Program-made: the position numbers and the translations under genes
The notes under the pieces: generated by a model
What the model was told of the DNA's origin: nothing
The model's database searches: none
Seen by the model: only the letters and a program-made list of their open reading frames with translations
Part shown: positions 8,763-18,064 of the stretch, piece after piece
How the letters are laid out: each line of letters begins with the position of its first letter
Numbering within the stretch: position 1 is the stretch's first letter
NCBI GenBank assembly: GCA_044376115.1
Contig: JBILLK010000009.1
Coordinates: forward strand, 128,001-192,000
Length of the DNA: 64,000 bases
Source: Polyangiaceae bacterium
GTDB taxonomy: Bacteria > Myxococcota_A > Polyangia > Polyangiales > Polyangiaceae
Reading direction: 5' to 3'

Positions 8763-10373
8763 ATGGCGCGACTCGGCGCGATCGACATCGGTTCCAACGC
8801 GATTCGTTTGCGTATCGTTGACGTGGACCCACCGGAACTCGGCGGCAACGCGCGCGGCCCGCGCTTTCGCCCGTTTCGCGAGGTCTTTGCCGACCGCGTC
8901 GCCGTTCGACTCGGGCACGACGTCTTTACCCGGGGCCGCATCGAAAGTTCGATGATCGCGCAGGCTTGCGACGCGCTGCGCTCCTTTCGGACCAAGATGG
9001 ACGAGGTCAAGGTCGACCGATATCGCGCGGTTGCTACCAGCGCGTGCCGAGAGGCCGAGAACGCCGACGTCTTCGTCGAACGGGCCGAGCGCGAAGCCGG
9101 CGTGTTCGTCGAGGTCATCGAAGGGGTGGAGGAGGCTCGCTTGGTGCAAATCGCCGTGCGCGAGCGGATGAACCTCGAAAAGAAGACAGCCCTTTTGATC
9201 GACATTGGCGGTGGTTCGACCGAAGTGACCATCATGCGCGACCTCGAGCCGGTGGTAGCGCGCAGCCTTCCCATGGGCACCGTGCGCCTGCTCGAGGCGT
9301 TCCTCGACGGCGGTGACCGGCTCGACGCGGTGCGCGAGGAGCTCCTGAGCGAGTACATCGAGCGTGTCGGGGGAGAAGCGCTGCGCGAGGTTTCGGCGAC
9401 GCTCGATGGAGTTTTGGACGTGGTCATCGCCACCGGCGGCAACATCGAGACGCTCGCGGATCTAGCGCCACTCCATCAGGCTTTCCCCGAGAGTCGCGGC
9501 ATCGATATGGCCGCTATGCGTACGCTGCTGCGCGAGTTGGCTGCCCAGACGTTGAATGAGCGGGTTGCTCGCTATTCGCTTCGACCCGACCGAGCCGACA
9601 CCATCGTCCCTGCCGCCAAGATCCTAGACTTCGCCGCGCGAGCTGTGAACGTCGATCGCATTCTTGCTCCCGGTGTTGGCCTGAAGGAGGGGGTGCTCGT
9701 CGATTTGGCGATGCAGCACTTCGTGCCACGAGATTTCTCTTCGGAGAAAGCCAGCGTTGGAGAGGCCTGCTTGCGACTTGGTCGCCGCTACCACTTCGAT
9801 GAGAGCCACGGACGTAAGGTAGCGTCCTTCGCCACCAAACTCTTCGACGACCTGGCCAGAGTGCACGGCCTCGAGCCGCGGGACCGCGTGCTGCTATTCG
9901 CCGCTGCGTTGCTTCATGACGTCGGCGATTTCGTTCGCTACGAGGGCCACCACAAACACAGCTACTACGTGATCGCGCACAGCGACATCATGGGCCTTAC
10001 GCCGGCTGAGCGTGAGGTCGTTGCCAATGTTGCGCGTTACCACCGCAAGAGCCCGCCCTCGCTCGACCACGAGAATTTTCGCGCGTTGGCGCCCCGCTTG
10101 CGCACCAAGGTCAAGACCATGGCGTCGATGTTGCGCGTCGCTGACGCTTTGGATCGCGAGCACCGGCAGGTTGTCTCGAAGATATCCGCCAACGTCGAAG
10201 GCAACCTGCTCTGGCTGACCGTCGATGGGGATGGCGAGCGTGCGCTCGAGGAGTGGACCGTACGCGCCAAAAGTGGGCTCCTCCGCGACACACTTGGCTT
10301 GGAGCTGCGTTTGGTCAACGGCACCGGGCCGGCCCCTCCGCCTTCTTGGCGCGTGCGAGAGGAGCTTCGATGA
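8763..10373 (+). CDS. ppx: Ppx/GppA exopolyphosphatase with C-terminal HD domain
   Basis: AIDIGSNAIRL, ATSACREA, DIGGGSTE, RADTIVPA, GLKEG, AALLHDVG..HHKHSYY. Confidence 0.93.
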   Translation: MARLGAIDIGSNAIRLRIVDVDPPELGGNARGPRFRPFREVFADRVAVRLGHDVFTRGRIESSMIAQACDALRSFRTKMDEVKVDRYRAVATSACREAENADVFVERAEREAGVFVEVIEGVEEARLVQIAVRERMNLEKKTALLIDIGGGSTEVTIMRDLEPVVARSLPMGTVRLLEAFLDGGDRLDAVREELLSEYIERVGGEALREVSATLDGVLDVVIATGGNIETLADLAPLHQAFPESRGIDMAAMRTLLRELAAQTLNERVARYSLRPDRADTIVPAAKILDFAARAVNVDRILAPGVGLKEGVLVDLAMQHFVPRDFSSEKASVGEACLRLGRRYHFDESHGRKVASFATKLFDDLARVHGLEPRDRVLLFAAALLHDVGDFVRYEGHHKHSYYVIAHSDIMGLTPAEREVVANVARYHRKSPPSLDHENFRALAPRLRTKVKTMASMLRVADALDREHRQVVSKISANVEGNLLWLTVDGDGERALEEWTVRAKSGLLRDTLGLELRLVNGTGPAPPPSWRVREELR

Positions 10374-10978
10374 GACGCTGGTTGGGGCTCCTCGTGGTGC
10401 CGCTCCTCGCCTGCTCGGCCTCGGTTCCGGATCCGCGCGAAGCGGCGCTGGCCTACGCGCGAGCCGCCGAAACAGGGGATGGGGATGCCGTCTACGAGAT
10501 GCTGAGCGAGGAGTCGAAGCGACGCTATACCGCAAGCGAAGTGCGCTCGCTCGTAGCCGATGAAAAGGCTGAGTTGCGTCTGCAAGCAGAGGCCGTTCGT
10601 GCTGCCAGCAAGGTCGTAACCGAGGCAGCGGTGCCTTACGCAGACGGTGAGCAGGCTGCCCTGGTTCTTGAAGACGGCGGCTTTCGGATCAGCGCCGCCG
10701 ATGCGCTACCCGCCGACTCGCGCACCGTGGTGCAAGCCTTGGGGCAGTTGCGCAAGGTGCTCGCTCGCCGAAGTTATCAGGGCCTGCTTCGAATGCTGAC
10801 GCCACGCTCGCGCGCCGCGATCGAGGAGGATCTGCGCTCGCTCGTGATTGGGCTGGAGCAGCCTGAGGGGCTCGATGTCGAACTGAGCGGCGAGACAGCG
10901 ACGGTGGTGTTGCCCGGCGGCCACCTGGTGAAGTTGCGAAAAGAGGCCGGAGTGTGGCGCGTCGAGGATTTTGATTGA
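10370..10978 (+). CDS. Hypothetical lipoprotein
   Basis: ATGA overlap with ppx stop. MRRWLGLLVVPLLAC lipobox. Two similar halves, each with a Y..LS/T..S+ motif. Confidence 0.75.
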   Translation: MRRWLGLLVVPLLACSASVPDPREAALAYARAAETGDGDAVYEMLSEESKRRYTASEVRSLVADEKAELRLQAEAVRAASKVVTEAAVPYADGEQAALVLEDGGFRISAADALPADSRTVVQALGQLRKVLARRSYQGLLRMLTPRSRAAIEEDLRSLVIGLEQPEGLDVELSGETATVVLPGGHLVKLRKEAGVWRVEDFD

Positions 10979-10984
10979 GGCTGA

Positions 10985-11749
10985 ATGAGGTTCGGTAAAC
11001 GTCAGCTGCTCCTTGGCGTTGCGGCTCTTTCGTCCGGGCTGTTGGCGCGCAAGTCTGCGTTCGCATTTGGGGAGGAAGGCGCGTTCAATCCGCGAGTTCT
11101 GCTGACCGGCGACGCGAAGTGGGAAGGTGTGCGGAGCAACGCTCCCGCGCGCTGGGCCGCTGAGTTGACCAAGCGCACCAGCGCTCCAGGGCGAGAGCGC
11201 CCGACCATCGTGCGCGCCGACGAAGCGGACCTGCTGGATGAGCCCTTCGCCGTTTGGGCCGGCTCCAAGGAGGTGGCGCCCCTCACGACCAAGGAGCTAC
11301 GCAGGCTCAAGCAGTTCTTCGGGCTGGGCGGCGTGCTCTTCGTTGATGACCTTGACCCCAAAACCGGCACGTTCTTGCCCTCGGCCAAGCGTGAGATTGC
11401 TCGTGCTTTGCCCAACGTCGGCCCGGTTGCTGTGGGCGCCGAGAACGTTTTGTTTCGCTCGTTCTACCTTCTGAAGCGACCGTACGGCCGAGTTGAAGGG
11501 CCTGCCAAGCTCGAGATCGTGTCGCGCTCGTCGATCATCCACGTGATCTACTCAAGCCACGATTTGCTGGGTGCGCTCGCGACTGACGCAGAAGGCACCA
11601 GCAGCCTGGCCGTAACGCCTGGTGGTGAAGCGCAACGCGAGAAGGCGATTCGCTTGGCGGTCAACGTGGCGATGTACGTCACCTGTTCGAACTACAAGGA
11701 CGACCAAGTCCACGCTGAGCACATCATGCGTCGTCGGGGCTCAAAGTGA
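10985..11749 (+). CDS. DUF4159-like domain protein
   Basis: Signal-like N-terminus; GGVLFVDD, LFRSFYLL and AVNVAMY.TCSNYKDDQVH resemble DUF4159 proteins (recognised from memory). Confidence 0.75.
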   Translation: MRFGKRQLLLGVAALSSGLLARKSAFAFGEEGAFNPRVLLTGDAKWEGVRSNAPARWAAELTKRTSAPGRERPTIVRADEADLLDEPFAVWAGSKEVAPLTTKELRRLKQFFGLGGVLFVDDLDPKTGTFLPSAKREIARALPNVGPVAVGAENVLFRSFYLLKRPYGRVEGPAKLEIVSRSSIIHVIYSSHDLLGALATDAEGTSSLAVTPGGEAQREKAIRLAVNVAMYVTCSNYKDDQVHAEHIMRRRGSK

Positions 11750-13986
11750 CGAAGAGCCTGTCCTTCGCCAGTGATCTGGGGAAGGCCGGCGCGACGGTGG
11801 CGATCGTTTGCGGTGCGCTCTTTCTGCTCCTGCTCACGGTGGAAACCCGGCGGGCGTTCCGCAGCGGCAGAGGTTCGCTTGCGGTGGTGCTCACGGGCTT
11901 CGTTGGGGTGGTGTTGTTGCTCCTGGCGGTGTTGCGCCCAGTGCTGGTCGAGAGTGCGGGCATCTCAACCTCCGCGCGCGTCGTGGTTCTATTCGATGAT
12001 TCACGCTCGTTGCGGCTACCCTCGGATGACCAACGCACGCGCCTCGAGGTCTTGCACCAGGTGGCCCAAGAACTCCCGAGCGCGACCGATGGAGCGCGGC
12101 TTTCGAGCTTCCGTTTTGGTCGTGGCGACGCTGAACCTGCGCCAGCGGCGGAGGAACTCAAGGCGGTTGCCTTGGGCTCGGATCTGTCCAGCGCGATCGC
12201 CAGCATCTCGCGCAGCGCAGAGGAGCCTCCAGGTGCGCTGATCGTCGTTTCGGATGGCGCCTTGGATCGGCCAACCAACGACGGTGCCAAAGAACGAGCT
12301 GCGCTCGAACTCGGTGGGCTCGACGTGCCGGTGCACACCGTACGTCTCGCGGAGAAGTCGCCCAAGGACGCCAGCGTGCGCTCGATTCGACTTTCGGGAA
12401 CGGCCATCGCTCACCAGCCATTCGCCGTCCGCGTGGAGGTCGGTTGTGCGGGTGGGCTTACCTGCGGCCGGATTCCCGTCATTGCGCGTGAGCTTCCGGA
12501 TGAAGGTCCCCCGGTGGAGCTGGCCCGCGGAGACGTCGTCGTCCCCAACGATGACGTCGGCACGGTCGAGCTGGCGATCACGTTGCACCGCGCAGGCGCT
12601 CGGGTCATCGAGGTGCTGATCGAGCCGCCCAAGGGCGACGTCCTGCCAGAGAACAACCAGCGTCTCGCCTCGCTCGAGGTGGCCCGCGATCGCATTCGCA
12701 TCCTCCATATCGCAGGCCGCCCAACGTACGACGTGCGCGCATTGCGCAATTGGCTCAAAGCGGACGCCTCGATCGACGTCGTGGCCTTCTTCATCTTGCG
12801 GACACCCACAGACAATGTCGGCGCGACTGGGCAGGAGCTGGCCCTCATCCCGTTCCCCGTCGATGAGCTGTTCACCGTGCACCTCGATAGCTTCGATGCC
12901 GTCGTGTTGCAGGACTTCAACGCCGTTACCTACGGACTCGAGAAGCACCTCGCGAACCTCGCCAACTACGTCCGCAAAGGCGGTGGGCTGATTCTGGTTG
13001 GCGGGCCCGACTCGTTTGGCCCAGGGCGCTACGCTGGTACGCCGATCGCGCCGGTTTTGCCGGTGCGCTTGCGCGCAGAACAGAAAACCAACGGCGTGGA
13101 TTTGTCCCTGTTTACGCCCGTGGTCACGTCGGCCGGGAAGGTCGCGCCGGTGCTGGCTCCGCTGCGTCGGGTCGTGGGCGATCGGTTGCCGGACATGCCG
13201 GGAAGCAACATCGTTGGCGAGGCCAGTCCGGGCGCCACCGTGCTTTGGAGCCACCCGACGCTCGGCGGCGAGGAGCGAATGCCGGTGCTCGCGTTGGGCG
13301 AGTTCGGCACTGGGCGGGTGATCGCGTTGACCGTGGACGGCACGCATCGTCTTCTCTTCAGTACCTTCGCTGTCTCAGAGGCTGGGCGAGCCTACGGTGC
13401 TCTTTGGGAAGGCCTGCTCGGTTGGTTGATGCGCGACCCACGTTTCGAGTCGACCTCGCTTCACTTGGAGAGCGGGTGTGTCGAGGGCGAGCCAGCGTCG
13501 CTTTCGATTCAAGCGTTACCCGAGCACGCAGGCGAGGCGCGCATCAACGTGATCCGCCTGGGGTCGGCGCAAACGGTGTTTGAGACGAAGGCCACCCTCG
13601 CAGGGGATGGGCAGCCAGTCAAAGTCGCGTTGCCCGCGTTGGCCGTCGGCGGTTACTCCGCTCAGGTGCGTATCGTGCCCAAAGGCCAAGCCGACGGCGA
13701 GGACGGTGCACAGCCCGCAACCCGTCGCGATTTCGCGTGCGAGAAGGGCGGGGATGAATGGGCGGATAGTCGGCCCGACGCGCAGCGGCTGATCAACATC
13801 GCGAAATCAACCGGTGGAGTGTCGGTTAGCCCCGACGATCTCGACAAGCTACCCATGCCCGCGACAACCTTCGTCGCGTCGCGACGCAATGAAGCTCCGC
13901 TCGCCCCACCCTGGGTCTGGTCGACCGTTGCAGCGGTGATGGTCGGTCTGCACTGGGTGCTGCGCCGACGTGCGGGCTTCGCTTGA
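11746..13986 (+). CDS. Membrane protein with VWA-like and glutamine amidotransferase-like (DUF1355-type) domains
   Basis: N-terminal TMs, DDSRS and VVSDG (VWA-like), ELALIPFPVDELF, GGGLILVGGPDSF, C-terminal TM followed by WVLRRRAG. Confidence 0.8.
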   Translation: MTKSLSFASDLGKAGATVAIVCGALFLLLLTVETRRAFRSGRGSLAVVLTGFVGVVLLLLAVLRPVLVESAGISTSARVVVLFDDSRSLRLPSDDQRTRLEVLHQVAQELPSATDGARLSSFRFGRGDAEPAPAAEELKAVALGSDLSSAIASISRSAEEPPGALIVVSDGALDRPTNDGAKERAALELGGLDVPVHTVRLAEKSPKDASVRSIRLSGTAIAHQPFAVRVEVGCAGGLTCGRIPVIARELPDEGPPVELARGDVVVPNDDVGTVELAITLHRAGARVIEVLIEPPKGDVLPENNQRLASLEVARDRIRILHIAGRPTYDVRALRNWLKADASIDVVAFFILRTPTDNVGATGQELALIPFPVDELFTVHLDSFDAVVLQDFNAVTYGLEKHLANLANYVRKGGGLILVGGPDSFGPGRYAGTPIAPVLPVRLRAEQKTNGVDLSLFTPVVTSAGKVAPVLAPLRRVVGDRLPDMPGSNIVGEASPGATVLWSHPTLGGEERMPVLALGEFGTGRVIALTVDGTHRLLFSTFAVSEAGRAYGALWEGLLGWLMRDPRFESTSLHLESGCVEGEPASLSIQALPEHAGEARINVIRLGSAQTVFETKATLAGDGQPVKVALPALAVGGYSAQVRIVPKGQADGEDGAQPATRRDFACEKGGDEWADSRPDAQRLINIAKSTGGVSVSPDDLDKLPMPATTFVASRRNEAPLAPPWVWSTVAAVMVGLHWVLRRRAGFA

Positions 13987-14031
13987 TTCCACCGGCTTTG
14001 CCCGAAGCAAGTTCGTGCTAAGGCTGGTCTG

Positions 14032-14529
14032 GTGAAAGCGTGGCGGGCTTTGGCTGCTTGTTTCCTCTGGTCCTGTTCCAGTGCGGGCGAAGCAAAGGAA
14101 CTTATCGAGTGGTCCGAGCGCAGCGCCGACGCTCATTGCCGATGCACCGAAGCGGCCGACCCTGGGGCTTGCGCTCACGAGATTCCGTCCGACCTTCTAC
14201 TCAATTCGGAGAATTTCGTGGACCTCATCGCGCGCTTCCGTGGCCGCGGTGGTGATCGCTCCACCGGCGCGCTGAAGCGCGCCCGTGATTGCGAGCAGAA
14301 GCTGAATGATTGGCGGGCCCGTCGTGCACCAAGCGCGAACCCGGCGGCTGCGCCGAGCGCATCTGCCAGCACAAGTGCTGCGGCCTCTGTGCCGAGCGCA
14401 GCCCCGTCGAGCAGCGCAGCTGCGTCGAGCAGCGCAGCTGCGTCGAGCGTCGGACCGTCTGCGGCGCCTGCTCAGCCCTCCGCACCGCCTTCCAATCCGT
14501 TGCGCAAAGGGGACCCACTCCGGCTCTGA
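14032..14529 (+). CDS. Hypothetical lipoprotein with Ala/Ser/Pro tail
   Basis: Lipobox-like LWSC, CxC...C motif, low-complexity tail with an 18-nt tandem repeat at 14405-14448. Confidence 0.6.
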   Translation: MKAWRALAACFLWSCSSAGEAKELIEWSERSADAHCRCTEAADPGACAHEIPSDLLLNSENFVDLIARFRGRGGDRSTGALKRARDCEQKLNDWRARRAPSANPAAAPSASASTSAAASVPSAAPSSSAAASSSAAASSVGPSAAPAQPSAPPSNPLRKGDPLRL

Positions 14530-14533
14530 CGTC

Positions 14534-15055
14534 TCAAGGGCGCGCAGCGAGTGATTGCGCAAGACCCAGCAACTCTGCGACCTCGCTGCGCGATGCGCCC
14601 GCGCGGTGGCTCGCCCACGAAATGGCCGACGCCGGTTCCTCGTGAAGTGAGAATCGAACGTTGCCTTGCACGACACCGAGCACAAAGGCTCGGTAGCTTT
14701 CAGCCGTTGACCCAATTCCCTGAACCACGGTTGCTACGTGGGTCTCGGCGTTACTGAGCAATTGCAAAAGGCCAGTACTGCGTTCGACCCTCATCGGCGG
14801 ACTGAGTTCCAGCGCATCTTCTGCCAGGAGCTCAACCACCGCCAGCGGTCCCGTGCGAAGCTGCCGGAGCCTCAAAAGCGCTTGCGCCAGCTGCTGCTCT
14901 GCCTCCTGCGTGAGCCGCCGATCGCGAGCGATCGCGACCACCCGCTTGGCCTCGAGTGCGGCGATTCCATCGGTCTTGAAGCCGACCTCGAAGTTCAGTT
15001 GTGCGCGGGGCGCAGCGGCGGCGAGACTGGGCCTTTGCACCCGCGCGACATCCAT
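14534..15055 (-). CDS. Hypothetical protein
   Basis: Strong SD (AGGAGG) upstream of the ATG; fills the gap downstream of ribA. Confidence 0.6.
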   Translation of the reverse strand: MDVARVQRPSLAAAAPRAQLNFEVGFKTDGIAALEAKRVVAIARDRRLTQEAEQQLAQALLRLRQLRTGPLAVVELLAEDALELSPPMRVERSTGLLQLLSNAETHVATVVQGIGSTAESYRAFVLGVVQGNVRFSLHEEPASAISWASHRAGASRSEVAELLGLAQSLAARP

Positions 15056-15134
15056 GGCCGTGTGCCTCCTCGCTAGGCCAGCGGCACAGTCCGCGCGAGG
15101 CTCAAGCGCTCAGCGCCCGATAACTCGCCGCTGC

Positions 15135-15803
15135 TCAGCTAACTTCTTCGTAGTGCGGCAGCTCGTGGTTCATGCGCAACCGCTTGGCCTCGAGGTAGTT
15201 GCGAGAGTGTTTGTTGGGCGAAATGAGCGTGGAGACCCGCTCATCTACCTGGACGCCGAGGTCTTGCAACGCCTTCACTTTGAGCGGGTTGTTGGTCATG
15301 AGCCGAACCGACTCCACCCCAAGGTGATCGAGCATCGCCGCCGCGCAGTCGTACTCTCGCGCGTCGTCGGGCAGCTCGAGCAGGCGGTTGGCGTCCACCG
15401 TATCGTGGCCTTTGGCCTGGAGACCGTATGCGCGAATCTTGTTGGCCAGCCCGATGCCTCGGCCCTCTTGGCGGAGATAAAGCACAACGCCTTCTCCCGC
15501 CCGCGCGATCTCGGCTTGCGCTGACTCCAGTTGCTCCTTGCAATCACACTTCAGTGAGCCGAACACCTCGCTCGTGAGGCACTCAGAGTGAATGCGGCAT
15601 AGTACCCCGTGCTTACCGCGCAATTGCCCCATCACCAGCGCCACGTGATCCGGGGAGAGACCAACGGCTGCGCGTCCCGCGCTGGCTTGGTCCTCTTCGC
15701 CGTAGCGAAAAACGACCATGTTGAAGTCACCGAAACGGGTGGGAACGCTTGCTTCCGCGTGGATACGGAGCAGAGGCCGGATTGCCGAATTGGCAACGTA
15801 CAT
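15135..15803 (-). CDS. ribA: GTP cyclohydrolase II
   Basis: RIHSECLTSEVFGSLKCDC, YLRQEGRGIGL.NK..AY.LQ, RLMTNNP.K. SD AAGGAG precedes ATG 15803. Confidence 0.95.
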   Translation of the reverse strand: MYVANSAIRPLLRIHAEASVPTRFGDFNMVVFRYGEEDQASAGRAAVGLSPDHVALVMGQLRGKHGVLCRIHSECLTSEVFGSLKCDCKEQLESAQAEIARAGEGVVLYLRQEGRGIGLANKIRAYGLQAKGHDTVDANRLLELPDDAREYDCAAAMLDHLGVESVRLMTNNPLKVKALQDLGVQVDERVSTLISPNKHSRNYLEAKRLRMNHELPHYEEVS

Positions 15804-16024
15804 CTCGCTCTCCTTTGTTTGCTGGGAGCCGCTGGAGGCCGAACCTTTGCTCATCCTTGGGCTCATGAACGTACGCGGCTGAAAGTCCGTTGGATTCAAC
15901 TGAGCTCAGGCGCGGGGTCAAGCTTGGGACCGAAGTGACGCGACGTCAACCTCGGAAGGGGATTCAATCCGCCAAGTGGATAGCGATTGAGTTCGAACCC
16001 GGGAGGTGATGAAACAAGCCCTCG

Positions 16025-17077
16025 ATGTTGGTCGATGAGCTGATCCGAGCGCTGGATGAACGAGGGGAGGAGGCGCTCCGCCCCGTGGTGCTCGTGCTCG
16101 GTGATGAAGCTCACTTCGCCGAGGAAGTCGTCAAAAAGCTCTCGCGGGTATGTCAGCGCGGCGGTATCGCCGGCTTCAACGAAGACCGATTCATCGCCGG
16201 AGATAGCAGCGTGGACGATGTGCTCGCCGCTGCACGTTCGATCCCGATGATGGCCAAGCGTCGCTTCGTCCTCGTGCGCTCGCTCGAACGCTGGGAAGGC
16301 AAAGCCGACGACGGCGATAAGTCCGAGAAGGCCAGCAAGAAGAAGGTGGAGGCTCCGCTCGACCGCCTTGCCGCTTACGCGGCCGATCCTTCACCAGTGA
16401 CCGTCCTCGTGTTGATGGCGCCCAAGCTCCACGCCTCGCGCCGCATCGTGACCTTGGCGAAGAAAGAAGGCTTTCTCGTCCAGTGCGAGCCGCTCAAACG
16501 CAACGCGGTGGCCAGCTTCATCTCGCAGCGCGCACGCGCGCTTGGCCACCCGATCTCGAGCGCGCTGGCCGCACACTTGGGGGATCTCATTGGCACAGAC
16601 GTCGGAGCGATCGTCGACGCTCTCGAGCGGTTGTCGCTCTACGTTGGCCCGGGAGCGCCCGTCACAGAGGATGCTGTCGTTGCGCTCGTTGCGCCGGTCC
16701 GGACCGCGATGATGTGGGACCTAACCGACGCTGTTTGCGCGCGGGACACCGCCAAAGCCCTCGTGGCGTTGAGCGAGATCGACATGGCGCGTGGAGCTGA
16801 GCTCCCCGTACTCGGCGCCATCGCTGGCAGCGTTCGCAAGCTCGCCCGCTTCCAAGCCGCAGTGGAAGCAGGTGACAGCCCTGCAGAGGCAGCAGAGAAG
16901 GCTGGCTTACCACCGTTCAAAGCCAACTCGATGAGCCAGACCGTTCGTCGAATGCCGCGTGGAACGGTGGGGCGCTGGCTTCACCTCCTGGCCGAAACGG
17001 ATCTCGCGCTCAAAGGGCAGGGTCGGCGTGGGGGCCGCGCCATCCTCGAAGGCATGGTCCTTTCGATGTGCCGTTGA
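16025..17077 (+). CDS. holA: DNA polymerase III subunit delta
   Basis: LRPVVLVLGDE, PMMAKRRFVLV, LERLSLY, WDLTDA, LAETDLALKG. Confidence 0.85.
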   Translation: MLVDELIRALDERGEEALRPVVLVLGDEAHFAEEVVKKLSRVCQRGGIAGFNEDRFIAGDSSVDDVLAAARSIPMMAKRRFVLVRSLERWEGKADDGDKSEKASKKKVEAPLDRLAAYAADPSPVTVLVLMAPKLHASRRIVTLAKKEGFLVQCEPLKRNAVASFISQRARALGHPISSALAAHLGDLIGTDVGAIVDALERLSLYVGPGAPVTEDAVVALVAPVRTAMMWDLTDAVCARDTAKALVALSEIDMARGAELPVLGAIAGSVRKLARFQAAVEAGDSPAEAAEKAGLPPFKANSMSQTVRRMPRGTVGRWLHLLAETDLALKGQGRRGGRAILEGMVLSMCR

Positions 17078-17103
17078 CTGCTCGGTGATTTCGCGCGCTG
17101 CCA

Positions 17104-18042
17104 GTGCTAAAACCCTCCAGCGTGTCGATCGACGCTACCACCAAGCGCTTTTACCCGGGCATCATCGGAGGTCTGCTGCTTGCGGTCGCCTACTTTCAAG
17201 GCTCTGGGATATCCGCGCTGATCGCGGAGCAGCTGCCTTCCCCCGCCCCGCCCGTGAAAGCCGGGTCGCACTCCACGCTCGGCGTGACCCGCCCGTCGCG
17301 TGACGGCTCGCCCATCCTCAAGCGCAACCCGTTTGATTCGGTGACGGGGCAGCTCTTTGCCAAGCCCTCGGCTTCCGCTAGCCAAGCGCCGCCCAAAGCC
17401 CCGGCGCCGATCCCGAGTGATGGCGCTCTGCCCGAGTGCGCCACCACCACGGTCTCGGTGATTAGCAGCGCGGATGATCCAGCCTTCAGCTTTGCCGTGA
17501 TCAAATCGGGCACCCAAGCGCAGATGCGGCGTATCGGTGACTCGGTGGACGGCAAGCAGGTCGAGGCGATCGACGAAACGCGCGTGGTGCTCGCTACAGG
17601 AGATGATCGCTGCCAGGTGGCAATGAGGAAGGACGGCGCGGGCAGCGTCGGCCAAGAACTCCCAGCTCCCACCGAGCGAGAGCCCGCCACCCCGGGCAAC
17701 AAGTCAAAACTCGGGGAAGGCATCACCAAAGTAAGTGAGACCTCCTTCATCATCGAGGAGAACGGCCCGCAGAAGCTCGCCCAAATCAGGGACGGCTTCA
17801 TGCGCAGCGCCAAGCTCGTCGACGGTGAAGGTGTTCGCCTTTACCGCAGCGCTCAAACGACCATTCTCGGGCAACTCGGCCTCAAGAAGGGCGATATGGT
17901 CAAGACGCTAAACGGCTTCGATATGAGCAGCGTCGACCAATCGACGCAGGCTTACTCAGCAATCAAAACCGCAGACGCGGTTGCCGTAACGATCATTCGC
18001 GACGGCAAAGAGATGCAGCTCGATTACCAAGTAAAAAAGTAG
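17104..18042 (+). CDS. GspC-like type II secretion protein with C-terminal PDZ domain
   Basis: N-terminal TM, ILKRNPFDS, HR-like region (RIGDSVDG..V..I), PDZ-like LGLKKGD.V..LNG...IIRDGK. Confidence 0.75.
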   Translation: MLKPSSVSIDATTKRFYPGIIGGLLLAVAYFQGSGISALIAEQLPSPAPPVKAGSHSTLGVTRPSRDGSPILKRNPFDSVTGQLFAKPSASASQAPPKAPAPIPSDGALPECATTTVSVISSADDPAFSFAVIKSGTQAQMRRIGDSVDGKQVEAIDETRVVLATGDDRCQVAMRKDGAGSVGQELPAPTEREPATPGNKSKLGEGITKVSETSFIIEENGPQKLAQIRDGFMRSAKLVDGEGVRLYRSAQTTILGQLGLKKGDMVKTLNGFDMSSVDQSTQAYSAIKTADAVAVTIIRDGKEMQLDYQVKK

Positions 18043-18064
18043 CCAGCCGCTGCGGAGGCGACCT

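Noticed and set aside
15900..15935. FMN riboswitch-like start (TCAGGCGCGGGGTCAA) near ribA
   Set aside because: It is on the opposite strand from ribA and the remaining conserved RFN blocks are absent.
15945..16010. tRNA-Sec-like fragments (GGATTCAATCC and GTTCGAACCC)
   Set aside because: The putative anticodon loop is only 5 nt, the T-stem does not pair, and no acceptor stem or CCA can be built.
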